Both the position numbers and the translations under genes were made by a program. From an uncultured Candidatus Saccharibacteria bacterium (GTDB lineage Bacteria; Patescibacteriota; Dojkabacteria; SC72): DNA of 64,000 nt. Positions within the stretch are counted from its first letter, which is position 1. Each line of letters opens with the position of its first letter. The notes beneath the pieces were generated by a model that made no database searches, had not been told where the DNA came from, and worked only from the letters and a program-made list of their open reading frames with translations. The stretch covers positions 107,914 through 171,913 of the forward strand of contig CAZEQZ010000001.1 in the NCBI GenBank assembly GCA_964514595.1. The letters run 5' to 3'. Shown here piece after piece: positions 63,333 to 64,000 of this stretch.

Positions 63333-64000
63333 ATGTCAAAACTGCCCTTACTTGAAAAAAACGCATATCTGAGTGTAGTAATAAAAGACAATGGTATATG
63401 GTCTCATTTAGCTTATACAGACCATGATGCAAACAGGGAGTATATCCTTACAGATTTCACAGACGTAAACCCTCTTCGGTACAGGTTAGATGATGAGCTG
63501 TTTACCAAAAACTTCTGGTTTGAATATTTTGATAATCTCGAAAAAGTGTTTAGTTGGGATTTAGTAGATAGAAATAAATTAGCTGTATTCACGTTTAGAC
63601 CTTTTAAAAACGAGGGAGACGGCTTAACAGGTATCAGGATACAGATAGATGATAACCAAAAATTCTTTGAGAAGATATTTTCATCAGTAAGGGATTTCTC
63701 CAGGGATATATCCTTAAGGGTCATTGATGATCAGTATATGTACAATATATTAGATGCTTTGATAGATAAGAGTGAATACGATGATTTGATGTACATAGAT
63801 ATGGATTTGATAGATCTCTCTATATTCCGAGTCCATAAAGTATATGACCGAAGGAGTAAAAAAGAAAAGAAGATCTTCTCCAGATCTAAAATCAGTTGGA
63901 ATAACGATTTGACGGTTATAGATTCAGTACGAGACGCTAGATTTAGGGCCTTCTTAGGTACTGACTTAAGTACAAAAGAGATATTTAACTACTGGAGTAA
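63333..64000 (+). CDS. Partial CDS (3' end beyond the window). Hypothetical acidic protein.
   Basis: ATG at 63333 in frame 3 is open for 222 codons to the window edge (MSKLPLLEKNAYLSVVIKDNGIWSHLAYTDHDANREYILTDF...). It is absent from the ORF track because it lacks a stop. The listed antisense ORF 63413..63724 is probably its shadow. Confidence 0.45.
   Translation, partial: MSKLPLLEKNAYLSVVIKDNGIWSHLAYTDHDANREYILTDFTDVNPLRYRLDDELFTKNFWFEYFDNLEKVFSWDLVDRNKLAVFTFRPFKNEGDGLTGIRIQIDDNQKFFEKIFSSVRDFSRDISLRVIDDQYMYNILDALIDKSEYDDLMYIDMDLIDLSIFRVHKVYDRRSKKEKKIFSRSKISWNNDLTVIDSVRDARFRAFLGTDLSTKEIFNYWS

Noticed and set aside
63413-63724. 103-aa minus-strand ORF.
   Set aside because: It is contained within a longer uninterrupted plus-strand frame that starts after a terminator.
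1-64000. CRISPR arrays, rRNA genes, transposases, integrases and prophage blocks.
   Set aside because: No regularly spaced direct repeats, no rRNA-like conserved stretches, and no proteins with DDE/tyrosine-recombinase/serine-recombinase motifs were seen. The only repeats found are intragenic coding repeats.

Overview
This window is an AT-rich (roughly 35% GC), gene-dense bacterial chromosome fragment. Its translation, replication and cell-wall genes sit in conserved syntenic blocks, but several expected genes are missing: tuf upstream of rpmG-secE-nusG, pyrH between tsf and frr, rodA next to pbp2. It also encodes an archaeal-type AMP-salvage pair and many very large secreted proteins. Together these suggest a small-genome, Patescibacteria/CPR-like organism, though this is an inference from gene content alone.

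The conserved backbone contains:
- Minus strand: rpmG, tRNA-Trp, secE, nusG, rplK, rplA, then an inserted segment, then rplJ, rplL.
- A minus-strand tRNA array: Thr(TGT), Tyr(GTA), Thr(GGT).
- Plus strand: rpmB, mreBCD-pbp2, dprA, topA, radC, rpsB-tsf, frr, rseP, rpsU, yqeY, ybeY, pth, mfd, dnaX-ybaB-recR, cysS, rnhC-like, tRNA-Ser, cca, a beta-CASP RNase, e2b2 with AMP phosphorylase, ychF, and rpsF-ssb-rpsR.

The most unusual locus is a tightly packed minus-strand operon at 1..5243, directly downstream of rplL. It encodes:
- A 7TM membrane protein.
- A RimK-like ATP-grasp ligase fused to a C-terminal retropepsin-like (DTG) domain.
- Two further ATP-grasp ligases that align along their length to the N-terminal ATP-grasp half of cyanophycin synthetase.
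- A partial downstream gene carrying a Mur-ligase-like GNGKT motif.

This looks like a ribosome-independent peptide or poly-amino-acid synthesis, processing and sensing cassette. It resembles the computationally predicted but uncharacterised 7TM / RimK-like ligase / aspartic-protease systems, here expanded with cyanophycin-synthetase-like ligases.

Other notable loci:
- A RHH-antitoxin/RelE-ParE toxin pair plus two small unknown ORFs inserted inside the otherwise invariant rplKA-rplJL cluster.
- A ~150-nt multi-stem candidate ncRNA beside the tRNA array.
- Two clusters of large secreted or anchored surface proteins (36500..40852 and 55244..61849). The second includes a 1325-aa Cys-rich protein with six repeated DG-x-TW beta-propeller-like modules.
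- A Cys-rich EEPPPP-repeat protein with an LPETG-like IPETG sorting motif.
- Ribosomal protein S2 carrying a long charged, HhH-like C-terminal extension.

No CRISPR array, rRNA or recognisable transposase/integrase was seen. All calls are from reading the sequence and ORF translations; no database search was possible.
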